Shown one piece after another: positions 19,725-29,011 of a DNA stretch of 64,000 nucleotides. Where the stretch lies: the IMG/VR virus record IMGVR_UViG_3300043465_002420; one strand, written 5' to 3'. This stretch comes from a virus. The position numbers and the translations under genes are program-made. Below the pieces are notes generated by a model that ran no database searches, was not told the DNA's origin, and saw only the letters and a list, made by a program, of their open reading frames with translations. Numbering within the stretch: position 1 is the stretch's first letter; every line of letters begins with the position of its first letter.

Positions 19725-19733
19725 ATTATATCA
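19725..19733 (-). promoter_or_regulatory. extended -10 sigma70-type promoter for dnaE-C
   Basis: TGATATAAT (TGnTATAAT) 24 nt upstream of the ATG at 19701. Confidence 0.45.
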
Positions 19734-19770
19734 CAATATACTACATATAGCACAACGCAAAAGGGGAAAA

Positions 19771-20142
19771 ATGAACAACGAAATTGAAGAAATATTAAAA
19801 TTATCTGGTGTATTTGTCGAACAAAAAACTGAAATTACTTTAGATGAGTTTGCTAAAAAAAGGCACGATGGTGCAGAAAAAATAGCCAATAATGCCAAGG
19901 AAAAAGGTGGTATAGCACTTCTTACATATAGTCACTTTATTGTAAAACTTCCATACTACAAGGAAGCTTCAAAAGGAAAATTTGATTTTAAAAAAGTAAA
20001 AAAAGAATATGAAAGCTTATGTTCTGAATTACATTCTTATATGAATAAAATTGAAAATATTGATCCAACAAAATTTCAAAAGCTTGTCGGGAAAATTGAA
20101 GTCTTAGGCGAATTGCTAATTAGATACAAAGACACAAAATGA
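19771..20142 (+). CDS. hypothetical protein
   Basis: 123-aa ORF, AAGGGG upstream. Confidence 0.6.
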   Translation: MNNEIEEILKLSGVFVEQKTEITLDEFAKKRHDGAEKIANNAKEKGGIALLTYSHFIVKLPYYKEASKGKFDFKKVKKEYESLCSELHSYMNKIENIDPTKFQKLVGKIEVLGELLIRYKDTK

Positions 20143-20204
20143 AAAATGGAATATCAAATTTAATTGATATTCCATATTATCTGCTTGATATTTAATCTAA
20201 ATGC

Positions 20205-20708
20205 TTATTTAGAAGTTGGCTTAGAAGGCTTTTCTTCAGTTGGCTTAGAAGGCTTTTCTTCAGTTGGCTTAGTTGGATTAACACTTGGAATTTTATCCAA
20301 CATTAATTTCTTGTTTGCATTTGTGCCTGAACTAGCAGGACAAGAAATATCTTCACATGCACGATGGTATCCGTCTTCGTAAGAAGCCAATCTTACATAC
20401 TCAACTTGATCCATACCACGATAATAACCGCTATGCCAAATCGCAGAAATATCATTGCTTTCTGGCTTAATATTATTCACTACACTAATGATACCTTCGA
20501 TCTTTCCTTGATTTTTAGCAAGCTCCATATTTTCATTTTTCACACTGTTGACATGACCATAAAGAATTTCATTAAATCCACTTTGTGTTAACAAATCTTT
20601 TTGCATCAACAAATCTTGAACGCTTTTCATGTTATCAATTCTGTATATTTGATAACCATTTGTAAGAACAGAACATGCTAAAATAGCATAAACAACATAA
20701 TTGCTCAT
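20205..20708 (-). CDS. membrane-anchored/secreted protein with PTEEKPSK repeats
   Basis: Hydrophobic N-terminus; AAGGAG upstream; 24-nt repeat at 20215-20272. Confidence 0.65.
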   Translation of the reverse strand: MSNYVVYAILACSVLTNGYQIYRIDNMKSVQDLLMQKDLLTQSGFNEILYGHVNSVKNENMELAKNQGKIEGIISVVNNIKPESNDISAIWHSGYYRGMDQVEYVRLASYEDGYHRACEDISCPASSGTNANKKLMLDKIPSVNPTKPTEEKPSKPTEEKPSKPTSK

Positions 20709-20865
20709 AATAACTCCTTAACCATATTTGAACCCTAAACAACAAGATATTAGACTAACAAATATCTTTGAAAAAATCAATAAGTAAAATTGAAATAATT
20801 TCAACTCATTTAAGCCTATATACAAACAGTCGTATTTTGCAAAAATTTATATTATGGAGATGATT

Positions 20866-21849
20866 ATGTCATTCAAGAGCTTTCAAGAATATTTAAACGA
20901 TACTGGTAAAATGATCGAAAAACCAGCAGTCAAAATAGTTGCTGGATATGAAGGAGAAACCCCAACTTCCCCAGAAAAAACAAAAAAAGATCCAAATGCT
21001 GGTGGGGCTAAAGATTCTAAATCTACCAACAAGCCATATAAAGCTGGTACTGATGCTAAAAATCCCAATAAAGCAGAAAAGGGATTTGCACATGAAGGAG
21101 ATTCAGATCTTAAGTATGAGCCAACCACAAATGTAAAAAAGAGCAACTATGGTGGCGATGAAGTTAAATCTTGGCTTGATTCTTCAAGCGTAACAGAATG
21201 GCTCAATAAAACTCGCAATCTTTCTGGTGCAAAATTTGTAAGTCAGATGCGAAATGAAACAATTGGAACTTCAATCGGGCAAATCAAAGAAACAGTAACT
21301 TTGTGCGAAAATAATTCCAAAAATATTCAACAACTTATTTTTGAATTAAAACGCCACAAATTATTAGGAAAATTTATTACAGAAGCTTGCAAACATGGAA
21401 CTGGTATCAAGGCGATCATAGCAGAAATCAAGAAAAATACTCTTTTTCAAAAAGCAATTAATGAAATGAGCTATATGTCTTCAGACAATGAAGATGATAT
21501 GTCGAATGATGAATACGAACCAGATATGTCAGATATGTCAAATGATGATAGTGACGAAGAAGAAAATGATATGTCAGATGAAGATGATATGTCAGATGAA
21601 GATGATATGTCAGATGAAGATGATATGTCAGATGAAGATGAAGATATGTCAGATGAAGATGAAGATATGTCAGATGAAGATGAAGATATGTCAGACGAAG
21701 ATGAAGATATGTCAGATGAAGATGAAGATATGTCAGATGATTCTCACAAAGATGATGATTCTGCATTATCCGATCCTTTTGGCAAAGGCCATGCTTCTCA
21801 CGCCCTTAGAAAAATGGGGCCACGACCAGAACCATCTGATGAATTTTAA
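20866..21849 (+). CDS. acidic-tailed protein with capsid-targeting-like N-terminus (possible head core/scaffold protein)
   Basis: GGAG 6 nt before MSFKSFQEYLND; long (D/E)DMSDE(DE) tail. Confidence 0.7.
   Translation: MSFKSFQEYLNDTGKMIEKPAVKIVAGYEGETPTSPEKTKKDPNAGGAKDSKSTNKPYKAGTDAKNPNKAEKGFAHEGDSDLKYEPTTNVKKSNYGGDEVKSWLDSSSVTEWLNKTRNLSGAKFVSQMRNETIGTSIGQIKETVTLCENNSKNIQQLIFELKRHKLLGKFITEACKHGTGIKAIIAEIKKNTLFQKAINEMSYMSSDNEDDMSNDEYEPDMSDMSNDDSDEEENDMSDEDDMSDEDDMSDEDDMSDEDEDMSDEDEDMSDEDEDMSDEDEDMSDEDEDMSDDSHKDDDSALSDPFGKGHASHALRKMGPRPEPSDEF
21568..21741. repeat. 15-nt and 21-nt coding tandem repeats (DMSDE / DEDMSDE)
   Basis: gatatgtcagatgaa core repeated about nine times with gat/gatgaa linkers. 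Confidence 0.9.
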
Positions 21850-21854
21850 CCAAC

Positions 21855-21880
21855 AAAAACCTTCTACTAAGAAGGTTTTT
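21855..21880 (+). terminator. intrinsic terminator
   Basis: aaaaaccttct-acta-agaaggttttt hairpin right after the stop at 21849. Confidence 0.7.
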
Positions 21881-21930
21881 GTATGTGAGGTCATCTGAGA
21901 AAATGCGAAAAAGATAAAATCTTAATATGC

Positions 21931-22584
21931 ATGCCAACATACCACTCCCCAATAGAATGGCTAGAAAGATCTACCATTTCTATAAAATCACAAACTTATA
22001 CAAATTTTGATTGTTATGTTGTGAAAGATGGATGTTGTGAATCTTGCACAATAGACACAACAAATAAAACATGTATTGAATGTGAAAACTGTAAATTAAC
22101 AAAAAAGTTTTTTAAAAAAATTGCAAAAAATGACAAAAGATTTAAATTCCATATTTTGCCAATTCATCTAAGTGGTGCTGGTTGGGGTCCTAGAAATTTT
22201 GCAATCATGAACACACATCATAATTATATAGCATATCTTGATGATGATAATTGGTACGAAAAAGATCATATAGAATCACTTTATAAAACAATTACTTCTG
22301 GTGATTATAACTTAGCCTACACTGGTACTAGATTACATGATTCTAATAAAAATATTATAGGAGAAAGAATTCACAATTCTATTCCAAAAGCTGGATATAT
22401 AGATACTTCTGAGATCATGCATACTAGATATCTAATAGATAAACATGGCGGATGGCGTTATGTGAAAAAATGCAATGATTGGGATTTAATATCAAGATGG
22501 ATTCCCGATGTGAAATGGAGTCACACCAACAAGGTAACACTTAATTTCTTTATAAGGGATGGATGCGGAATACACAGGAAATAA
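21931..22584 (+). CDS. GT2 glycosyltransferase
   Basis: MPTYH, SIKSQTY, PRNFAI, YIAYLDDDNWY, DWDL. Confidence 0.85.
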   Translation: MPTYHSPIEWLERSTISIKSQTYTNFDCYVVKDGCCESCTIDTTNKTCIECENCKLTKKFFKKIAKNDKRFKFHILPIHLSGAGWGPRNFAIMNTHHNYIAYLDDDNWYEKDHIESLYKTITSGDYNLAYTGTRLHDSNKNIIGERIHNSIPKAGYIDTSEIMHTRYLIDKHGGWRYVKKCNDWDLISRWIPDVKWSHTNKVTLNFFIRDGCGIHRK

Positions 22585-23843
22585 AACAGTTCGTCCAGAA
22601 GTGGAAAAACTTCACCGATTCCTCCACGCAAATTCCCTACGAATACAAGCCAATATGCAAAGATTTACTTTTGCACGATGAAGAAATCGTTGTCGAAACA
22701 ATAGACATACTGAAAAGAAACATATCATCTTGGGCAGAAAAAAATTCCGAAGCTTACGCAAACAAAAAAGACCTTACTTTTTTAGGTAAAAATGATCTCA
22801 CAGACAAAGACAAGTGGTATGTAAAATCCTTAGAAAATGAATCCATGCCAATGAAAAGTAGCGGAAGCACCACTGGTGAGGGATTCGAATACTTGCGATG
22901 GGAACCTTTCCTTTATTTCATCGAAGGAGAAAACCACTATGATCTGATTCTGGATGAATATGAAATACCACAGAATCCAGACATCATGTACTTCTTTAAT
23001 TCTTCGTTCGGAAGTGGCTCAAGACACATAAACAATACATCGAAAAGCAAAAACTTTATGGAACATCACGGAACAAAAAGAACCGCAATGGTTCATTATG
23101 CAAACACGAAACTACAAAAAGAAAAAGAAGAAGTGTTTCGGAAATACCTATTCAGATATTTAAATTTAAAAAAAATGGATGTAATTTTTGCCCCAGGCCC
23201 ACAAATAAAAAAAATATGCTCTTATATAAAAAAGGAAAACTATAAAGGTAAACTGTGCAACTTGTTGAGCAATAGCAATGAAAAAATTCTGGATGAAGAT
23301 GCTAAATTCCTTCTCGAAAAAAATTATGTGTCACATATATGCGACCACATGAGGTGTTGGGATGGAGGAGCTTCCTTCTTCACATGTAGAGATAAGAACT
23401 ATCACTTAATGGATAACCTTTCTTGGTGTGTCGAAAATGAGGAAAGGCTCATATCAACCGATTACTTCTCCTTGGCTTGTCCTTTTGTCAAATTCTGGAA
23501 TGGCGACAGGTGCAAGATAGGCGATAAATATCAGAGATGTTCGTGCGGAAGGTTGTACAGAGATTTTAAATTCTTGGAGAATCGACCATTTGCCATAAAA
23601 GGGCATTCGATCAACGAGTACAAAAAGAAGCTCACGGAAACTGGTCTTACAGAGATAAAACAAGTGAATTGCGGAATCGACTTCATAGAAATCGTGTCGA
23701 ACAAAGAAATAGATCCTATCAAAAAAAATGAAGTTGCCGAAATATTTAAGTCTCACAAATTGAAATTCAAAGTTGTTCCAGACCAATTGGCATCGCAAAA
23801 AATTCATAACAGAACTCCATCTGAAAAGGTGGAAACAAAATGA
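22563..23843 (+). CDS. PaaK/CapK/LuxE-like acyl-adenylate ligase (ANL superfamily)
   Basis: SSGSTTG P-loop; NGDRCKIG...CSCGR..LE.R C-terminal motif typical of phenylacetate-CoA ligase family. Confidence 0.65.
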   Translation: MRNTQEIKQFVQKWKNFTDSSTQIPYEYKPICKDLLLHDEEIVVETIDILKRNISSWAEKNSEAYANKKDLTFLGKNDLTDKDKWYVKSLENESMPMKSSGSTTGEGFEYLRWEPFLYFIEGENHYDLILDEYEIPQNPDIMYFFNSSFGSGSRHINNTSKSKNFMEHHGTKRTAMVHYANTKLQKEKEEVFRKYLFRYLNLKKMDVIFAPGPQIKKICSYIKKENYKGKLCNLLSNSNEKILDEDAKFLLEKNYVSHICDHMRCWDGGASFFTCRDKNYHLMDNLSWCVENEERLISTDYFSLACPFVKFWNGDRCKIGDKYQRCSCGRLYRDFKFLENRPFAIKGHSINEYKKKLTETGLTEIKQVNCGIDFIEIVSNKEIDPIKKNEVAEIFKSHKLKFKVVPDQLASQKIHNRTPSEKVETK

Positions 23844-26800
23844 TAGATCCAAAACTGGTGAAAAAATGGGATATAGTTTTCGCTCTACAAGAAAAGGGAT
23901 GTGGGTATTTCGCAACATATGAAGCAGTAGTCATTGTGCCACGACCTTGTACCGGAGGGTCAAGTGCTTATTGGACTCTTGCTTCTCCTTGCCCAGATGG
24001 TTGCACATCTTCTCCTCCTCCTCAATTGCCAACAAATCCTCCATGCGATCCTAATTACCCTGACAATGGAACGGAAAATGACATAATCGGGTGCTGCGAA
24101 GGTATAGTTTCAGTCGAATGCTCCGGCACTTGCTGTAAATGCGGTGGTGTAGAGTGTTTGACAACGGAGACATGCTGTGACGATGTTTGTGTGAACTTAC
24201 AAACAGATCGTGACCACTGTAATTCTTGTACCACCCCTTGCAATCCAGATCAAGACTGCTGTGATGGCGAATGCAAAAACATATACGAAGACAGCAATAA
24301 TTGTAATGGTTGCGGAAATGTTTGCCCTGAAGCTACACCAACTTGCTGCAATGGTGATTGCTGCACGACAGCGAATTGTTGTTTCGTTGATGACATCCTT
24401 ACTTGTATTGATGTAACAAACAATCATGATCATTGCGGAAGATGCGACAATCCTTGTGCAGCCGAAGAAACATGCTGTTCTGGTGAATGCGTCAACACAC
24501 AGACAGATAATGAGCATTGCGGATCATGTCCGAATGCTTGTCCTGTCGCATTCACATGCTGTTCTGGTGTATGCAAAGAATTATTTGGGGATGATCGTTT
24601 AAATTGTGGCGATTGTGGCAAAACTTGCGTTGTAGGAGAAATATGCAAAAACGGTGTTTGCAAAGACGCTTGTGCTGCGAACGACTGCGAGTTTACTTGG
24701 GTTGATCCTCCGGGTTGTTGTAGCCGTTATGTCTGTTCGACTGAAAATGAGTATGCGTTTTCTTCTTCATACACTTCAATTACAGATTGCTCTGTCGATA
24801 GCCCTCCAAATATACCTTGCGATGGAAGCCCAGAATCTACAGGTTATTTTTACCTTACATGGAGTCCAGAGCCGTGTTGTACTGGATCTTGTCAATCTTT
24901 TTGTCTAGAACCAACTTGCACTTGGTCAGGTCCAGAAAACTCTACTTGTGGAGAGGGTTGTGCTTGCCAATCATTTGAAGGTCAACCTTGTGCATGTGGA
25001 ACACTCAGAGACGATCCATGTATAAGAACAGTAGTACCTCCCGGACAATGGAATGCAACTGCGACATGTCCACAAGGATGCAACTGCCCCGGGAACGCCC
25101 CAATACAAAATGGAACAAATGGTCAAGTAGTCAGTTACGAATGCGTCAATTGCCTTGCTCCATGTGAAGCAGGAGAAAAATGCTGTTTCGGCACATGTAA
25201 AAACATACTGACAGATCCTCTTAATTGCGGAGATTGTGGAAACAATTGTGGCGATCAGATTTTGGGAAACAAATGCTGTAATGGGAAATGCGTAAACATA
25301 CTTACAGGGGATTTAAACTGCGGAGATTGCACAACTGTATGTCCATTTCCAGAAGTATGCTGCAATGGCGTATGCAAAAATCGTAACACTGACAATTACA
25401 ACTGCGGATCTTGCGGTTACGAGTGCCAGACTGGAATTGGGGAAACCTGCTGCAATGGGATTTGCGTAAACGAAAATACCGACAGAAACAACTGTGGCTC
25501 CTGCGGATTTACATGTCCCAACGCAGATCAGTGCATTGATGGAAACTGCGTTCCATGCGTTCCTCCATGTCTAGAAGCTGGTACGGCTTGCTGCAACAAT
25601 CAGTGCATCGACATATTGTCTGACGAGAGCAACTGCGGTGGTTGCAATATACCTTGTGCTGGCAAGTGCTGCGGTGGCATTTGCGTATTAGATTTGAACA
25701 CCATGTTTAACTGTGGTGATTGCGGAATAGAGTGTCCGCAATTGATCAACCAAATCAATCTGTGGCAGTGCTGTAACGGTCAATGCAAGAACCTAAAAAC
25801 TGATCCAGAAAACTGCGGATTTTGCGGAAATGTATGTCAAGAACCTCCGGGTGACACATTTACAGTTCCAAAATGTTTCTTGGGAAACTGTGCGGAACCA
25901 GAATGCGATTGTCAAGGATATGAAGCTGGAATGCCACCACAACCTGGGCCAGACGATGTGGCTTTCGTGGCTTCATGCGTTGGAAACACGGTAAGTTGTG
26001 ATGGATCTTGTTATTTCAATGCTGTAGGCGGAGGATGGGTTCTGTATGAAGAGCCGGGCGGAACTGGATTTTCTGGTACCTGCGGAAAAGAACCAGATTA
26101 CACATATTGCGTTGATGACAAATATGCATGTGTGGATGACAAATATGTTTGTGTCGGAGATATATATTATTGTGTAAAAAACATAGAAGGACAAGATATG
26201 CCAACTTATTGTATACCTGCTGCATCGTTTAACGCTGAAACACAAGCACTAATCGGATCTTACATCGGAGCAGAAAACTGTGCCGCTGGTTGTAGCGGTG
26301 ATGGAAGCGAGTGCGATCCTGCTTGTGGCAATGGATTAACCTGTTGTGATACACAATGCGTAGACACGCAAACTGACAGTGCCAATTGCGGTGGTTGTGG
26401 TGGCGGTCCTTGTGCTGCTGGCGAGGCTTGCAAAGATGGAGTTTGCACAGGATGTACGCCTCCATGTGCCGATGGTGAATCGTGCTGCGAAGGTGGAACG
26501 ACATGCTGCGAAACTTGCTGTGCTGACGCATGTTGTCCAACTGGTCAATCATGTGTTGATGGAGTGTGTGCCACATGCGAACCACCTTGTACTGCTGGAC
26601 AAACCTGCTGTGGAGGATCATGTTGTGATGCTGGAATAATATGCTGTGACCAAACATGTTGTGCTGAAGGTGAGTTCTGCGAAAACGGAAGTTGTGCAAC
26701 ATGCAACCCAGTGTGCTATCCAGACGAGACATGCTGCGATGCAACATGCGTTAGGTGGCAATGTGGAGAATGCCCAAATGCATGTGCTTCTGCTGAAATA

Positions 26801-28204
26801 GTTTGTTGCGGTTTGCCGGGTCAAGAAGTATGTTGTCCTGAAGGTCAAACTTGTGTTGAGAATGCGTGTTACGGATGTACACCTCCTTGTTCCGAAAGTC
26901 AGGATTGTTGCGATGAGGTATGCACAGAAGTTGGAACAGACACAAATTGTTCGGGTTGTGGTGACGCTTGTGGAGAAGGAACAAAATGCTGCGATAAAGT
27001 GTGTACTGCTACTGGAACTGACACAAACTGTTCGGATTGTGGCGATGCTTGTGCCGAAGGTCAGAGTTGTTGTGATGATGTATGCACAGAAATTGGAACC
27101 GACACAAATTGTTCGGGTTGTGGTGATGCTTGCACAGACGGAAAATGTTGTGAGGGAGTGTGCAAAGAAACACAAACCGACAATGAAAATTGTGGCGATT
27201 GCGAAAATGTATGTAATACAGCAGAAGGTGAAAAATGTGTTGCTGGAGTATGTGTTACTTGTGATCCACCTTGTACTGGACTTGATGTATGTTGTGATTT
27301 AACATGCTGCAAAGTTTGTTGCGGTCCAGAAGGTAGTAAGACATGCTGTGCTGAAGGAAAAATCTGTTTAAATGGTCAGTGTAGCGGTTGTGAACCAGAA
27401 TGTACAGAACCTGGACAAACTTGTTGCACCAATCCTAATCAGCCTAATCCTACAGAGGAGGAACCAAGTCCACCAATAGGACAATGTTGCCCTGCTGGAG
27501 TTCTTTGTTGTGCTGGTGGATGCTGCCCTAATGAAAATTTTTACTGTTGTGATAACAAAGTATGTTGCTTCAATGATCGTGCTTGTTGCAATGGAGTTTG
27601 CTGTGCTGAAGGTAAATTCTGCAATAATGGCGTGTGTGCTGATTGTAATCCAACATGCTACTCTGATGAAAAATGTTGTCCTGGAACTACTGGTAGCGGG
27701 GAATGTATTAGGTGGCAATGTGGCGATTGCCCAAATGCATGTACACGATTCCAAACATGCACCAATAATGTTTGTTGCGATGCAGTAACGGAGGGTCCAC
27801 TATCAGGGCAAACTGGTGTAGGTTGCGGAACTGTTTGTTGCGACCCCGGTATCACATGTTGCCGAGACATTTGTTGTTTAGACCCTGACGAAGAATGTTG
27901 CGATGGCTTTTGCGTAAATACCAATTCTATCGACAATAATAATTGCGGAGGTTGTGGCCAGCCATGTGTCGCTCCAGCAACTTGTTGTAATGGTTCGTGT
28001 AGAACAGTTTTTGCAGACACTTCTAGTTGCGGAAGTTGCGGGAATACATGTTCACTTGGAATGCTTTGCTGCCCTGATAACGGTGGCTGCGTTTACCCAT
28101 CGTATTTAAATTGTGGTAGTTGCGGAAATGAATGTGAAGTAGGACAATCATGTTGCCCAGATGAACAAGGCGGTCACACATGCTTGGCTCAAGGTTCATG
28201 TTAA
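23840..28204 (+). CDS. 1454-aa cysteine-rich repeat protein (Stig1-like / MXAN_6577-like repeats)
   Basis: Many C(V/K)xxxTDxxNCGxCGxxC and CC repeats; ATGA overlap with the upstream ligase; terminator follows. Confidence 0.85.
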   Translation: MIDPKLVKKWDIVFALQEKGCGYFATYEAVVIVPRPCTGGSSAYWTLASPCPDGCTSSPPPQLPTNPPCDPNYPDNGTENDIIGCCEGIVSVECSGTCCKCGGVECLTTETCCDDVCVNLQTDRDHCNSCTTPCNPDQDCCDGECKNIYEDSNNCNGCGNVCPEATPTCCNGDCCTTANCCFVDDILTCIDVTNNHDHCGRCDNPCAAEETCCSGECVNTQTDNEHCGSCPNACPVAFTCCSGVCKELFGDDRLNCGDCGKTCVVGEICKNGVCKDACAANDCEFTWVDPPGCCSRYVCSTENEYAFSSSYTSITDCSVDSPPNIPCDGSPESTGYFYLTWSPEPCCTGSCQSFCLEPTCTWSGPENSTCGEGCACQSFEGQPCACGTLRDDPCIRTVVPPGQWNATATCPQGCNCPGNAPIQNGTNGQVVSYECVNCLAPCEAGEKCCFGTCKNILTDPLNCGDCGNNCGDQILGNKCCNGKCVNILTGDLNCGDCTTVCPFPEVCCNGVCKNRNTDNYNCGSCGYECQTGIGETCCNGICVNENTDRNNCGSCGFTCPNADQCIDGNCVPCVPPCLEAGTACCNNQCIDILSDESNCGGCNIPCAGKCCGGICVLDLNTMFNCGDCGIECPQLINQINLWQCCNGQCKNLKTDPENCGFCGNVCQEPPGDTFTVPKCFLGNCAEPECDCQGYEAGMPPQPGPDDVAFVASCVGNTVSCDGSCYFNAVGGGWVLYEEPGGTGFSGTCGKEPDYTYCVDDKYACVDDKYVCVGDIYYCVKNIEGQDMPTYCIPAASFNAETQALIGSYIGAENCAAGCSGDGSECDPACGNGLTCCDTQCVDTQTDSANCGGCGGGPCAAGEACKDGVCTGCTPPCADGESCCEGGTTCCETCCADACCPTGQSCVDGVCATCEPPCTAGQTCCGGSCCDAGIICCDQTCCAEGEFCENGSCATCNPVCYPDETCCDATCVRWQCGECPNACASAEIVCCGLPGQEVCCPEGQTCVENACYGCTPPCSESQDCCDEVCTEVGTDTNCSGCGDACGEGTKCCDKVCTATGTDTNCSDCGDACAEGQSCCDDVCTEIGTDTNCSGCGDACTDGKCCEGVCKETQTDNENCGDCENVCNTAEGEKCVAGVCVTCDPPCTGLDVCCDLTCCKVCCGPEGSKTCCAEGKICLNGQCSGCEPECTEPGQTCCTNPNQPNPTEEEPSPPIGQCCPAGVLCCAGGCCPNENFYCCDNKVCCFNDRACCNGVCCAEGKFCNNGVCADCNPTCYSDEKCCPGTTGSGECIRWQCGDCPNACTRFQTCTNNVCCDAVTEGPLSGQTGVGCGTVCCDPGITCCRDICCLDPDEECCDGFCVNTNSIDNNNCGGCGQPCVAPATCCNGSCRTVFADTSSCGSCGNTCSLGMLCCPDNGGCVYPSYLNCGSCGNECEVGQSCCPDEQGGHTCLAQGSC

Positions 28205-28237
28205 AAAAACAGGCTTGATTTTCAAGCCTGTTTTTTT
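28203..28237. terminator. bidirectional intrinsic terminator
   Basis: aaaaaaacaggcttga-ttt-tcaagcctgttttttt between convergent genes. Confidence 0.85.
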
Positions 28238-28256
28238 CTTTAATTTAGAATTTTTT

Positions 28257-28544
28257 CTATTCTTTGTAGGCTACCCATCGGTTACGAACAAATAAAAGAT
28301 TTGCAAAAAAACCGCAAAAGGCAGAAATGAGATTTTCCGCAAACGGAACATATAGTTCGCCTACCGGATTAAGCACGAATGAAATTCCCAATGAAAACCA
28401 AAAACTGCTGCATTCATGACAAAGCATTGGAACATTGACATATGGTATCTTGGCTACCAAGTTTCTAAATGGTCTTGCAACATCGGTGTCGGACCAAGCA
28501 TAAGCGACACCAAGACATGTGACTAAATAAATCAAAAATATCAT
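28257..28544 (-). CDS. small membrane protein, DUF1360-like
   Basis: PFR...LCHECSSFW with flanking TM helices; ATGA overlap fixes the start at 28544. Confidence 0.55.
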   Translation of the reverse strand: MIFLIYLVTCLGVAYAWSDTDVARPFRNLVAKIPYVNVPMLCHECSSFWFSLGISFVLNPVGELYVPFAENLISAFCGFFANLLFVRNRWVAYKE

Positions 28545-28960
28545 AGGAAATAGACCCACATATAATCAAATTCTCGAACAACGGAGAAACTTCTAAATGT
28601 TTTTCCAGTAATAGTCTTGTTGAAATTAGCCCAAGCCTCATCACCAAGCTGAACCTTGAAGACTTTGCCTACAATTGAATTATTGACTCTTTTTAGCTTA
28701 ATAGCTTCGAGTTCCTTGACTATCGCAGCCTTGTCCTTGTAATACTTTTCCAAGATATTTGGATCAGCAGTTACTTTATCGGAAAAGAACTTGCCAACCT
28801 TGCCCCTGCATGAACAGTTTGGGTTGGTCTTTAATGTTGTTAGGTCGGCAAGAATATCTGGGAATTCCGCCTTTAATTCAGCGAATAAAGTTTCATCCTT
28901 GATGATCATATAAATAAGATCTGGCATCGTACCTAGATCTACAGTGATTGTAGTTTCCAT
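28541..28960 (-). CDS. hypothetical protein
   Basis: 139-aa ORF with NPNCSCRGK. Confidence 0.6.
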   Translation of the reverse strand: METTITVDLGTMPDLIYMIIKDETLFAELKAEFPDILADLTTLKTNPNCSCRGKVGKFFSDKVTADPNILEKYYKDKAAIVKELEAIKLKRVNNSIVGKVFKVQLGDEAWANFNKTITGKTFRSFSVVREFDYMWVYFL

Positions 28961-29011
28961 AAAATTAATATAGTTTTATATTTTTATTTTTTTGATTTTT
29001 AAAAATATTTT

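Noticed and set aside
21568-21741. CRISPR or non-coding repeat
   Set aside because: Head-to-tail, in-frame multiples of 3 within a CDS, with no unique spacers.
21458-21898. His/Leu-rich and Met/Lys/Cys-rich repeat ORFs
   Set aside because: Alternate-frame readings of the DMSDE repeat.
24055-28020. Many alternative-frame and antisense ORFs within the Cys-rich gene
   Set aside because: Shadow ORFs expected from repetitive, less AT-rich codons; no motifs or RBS.
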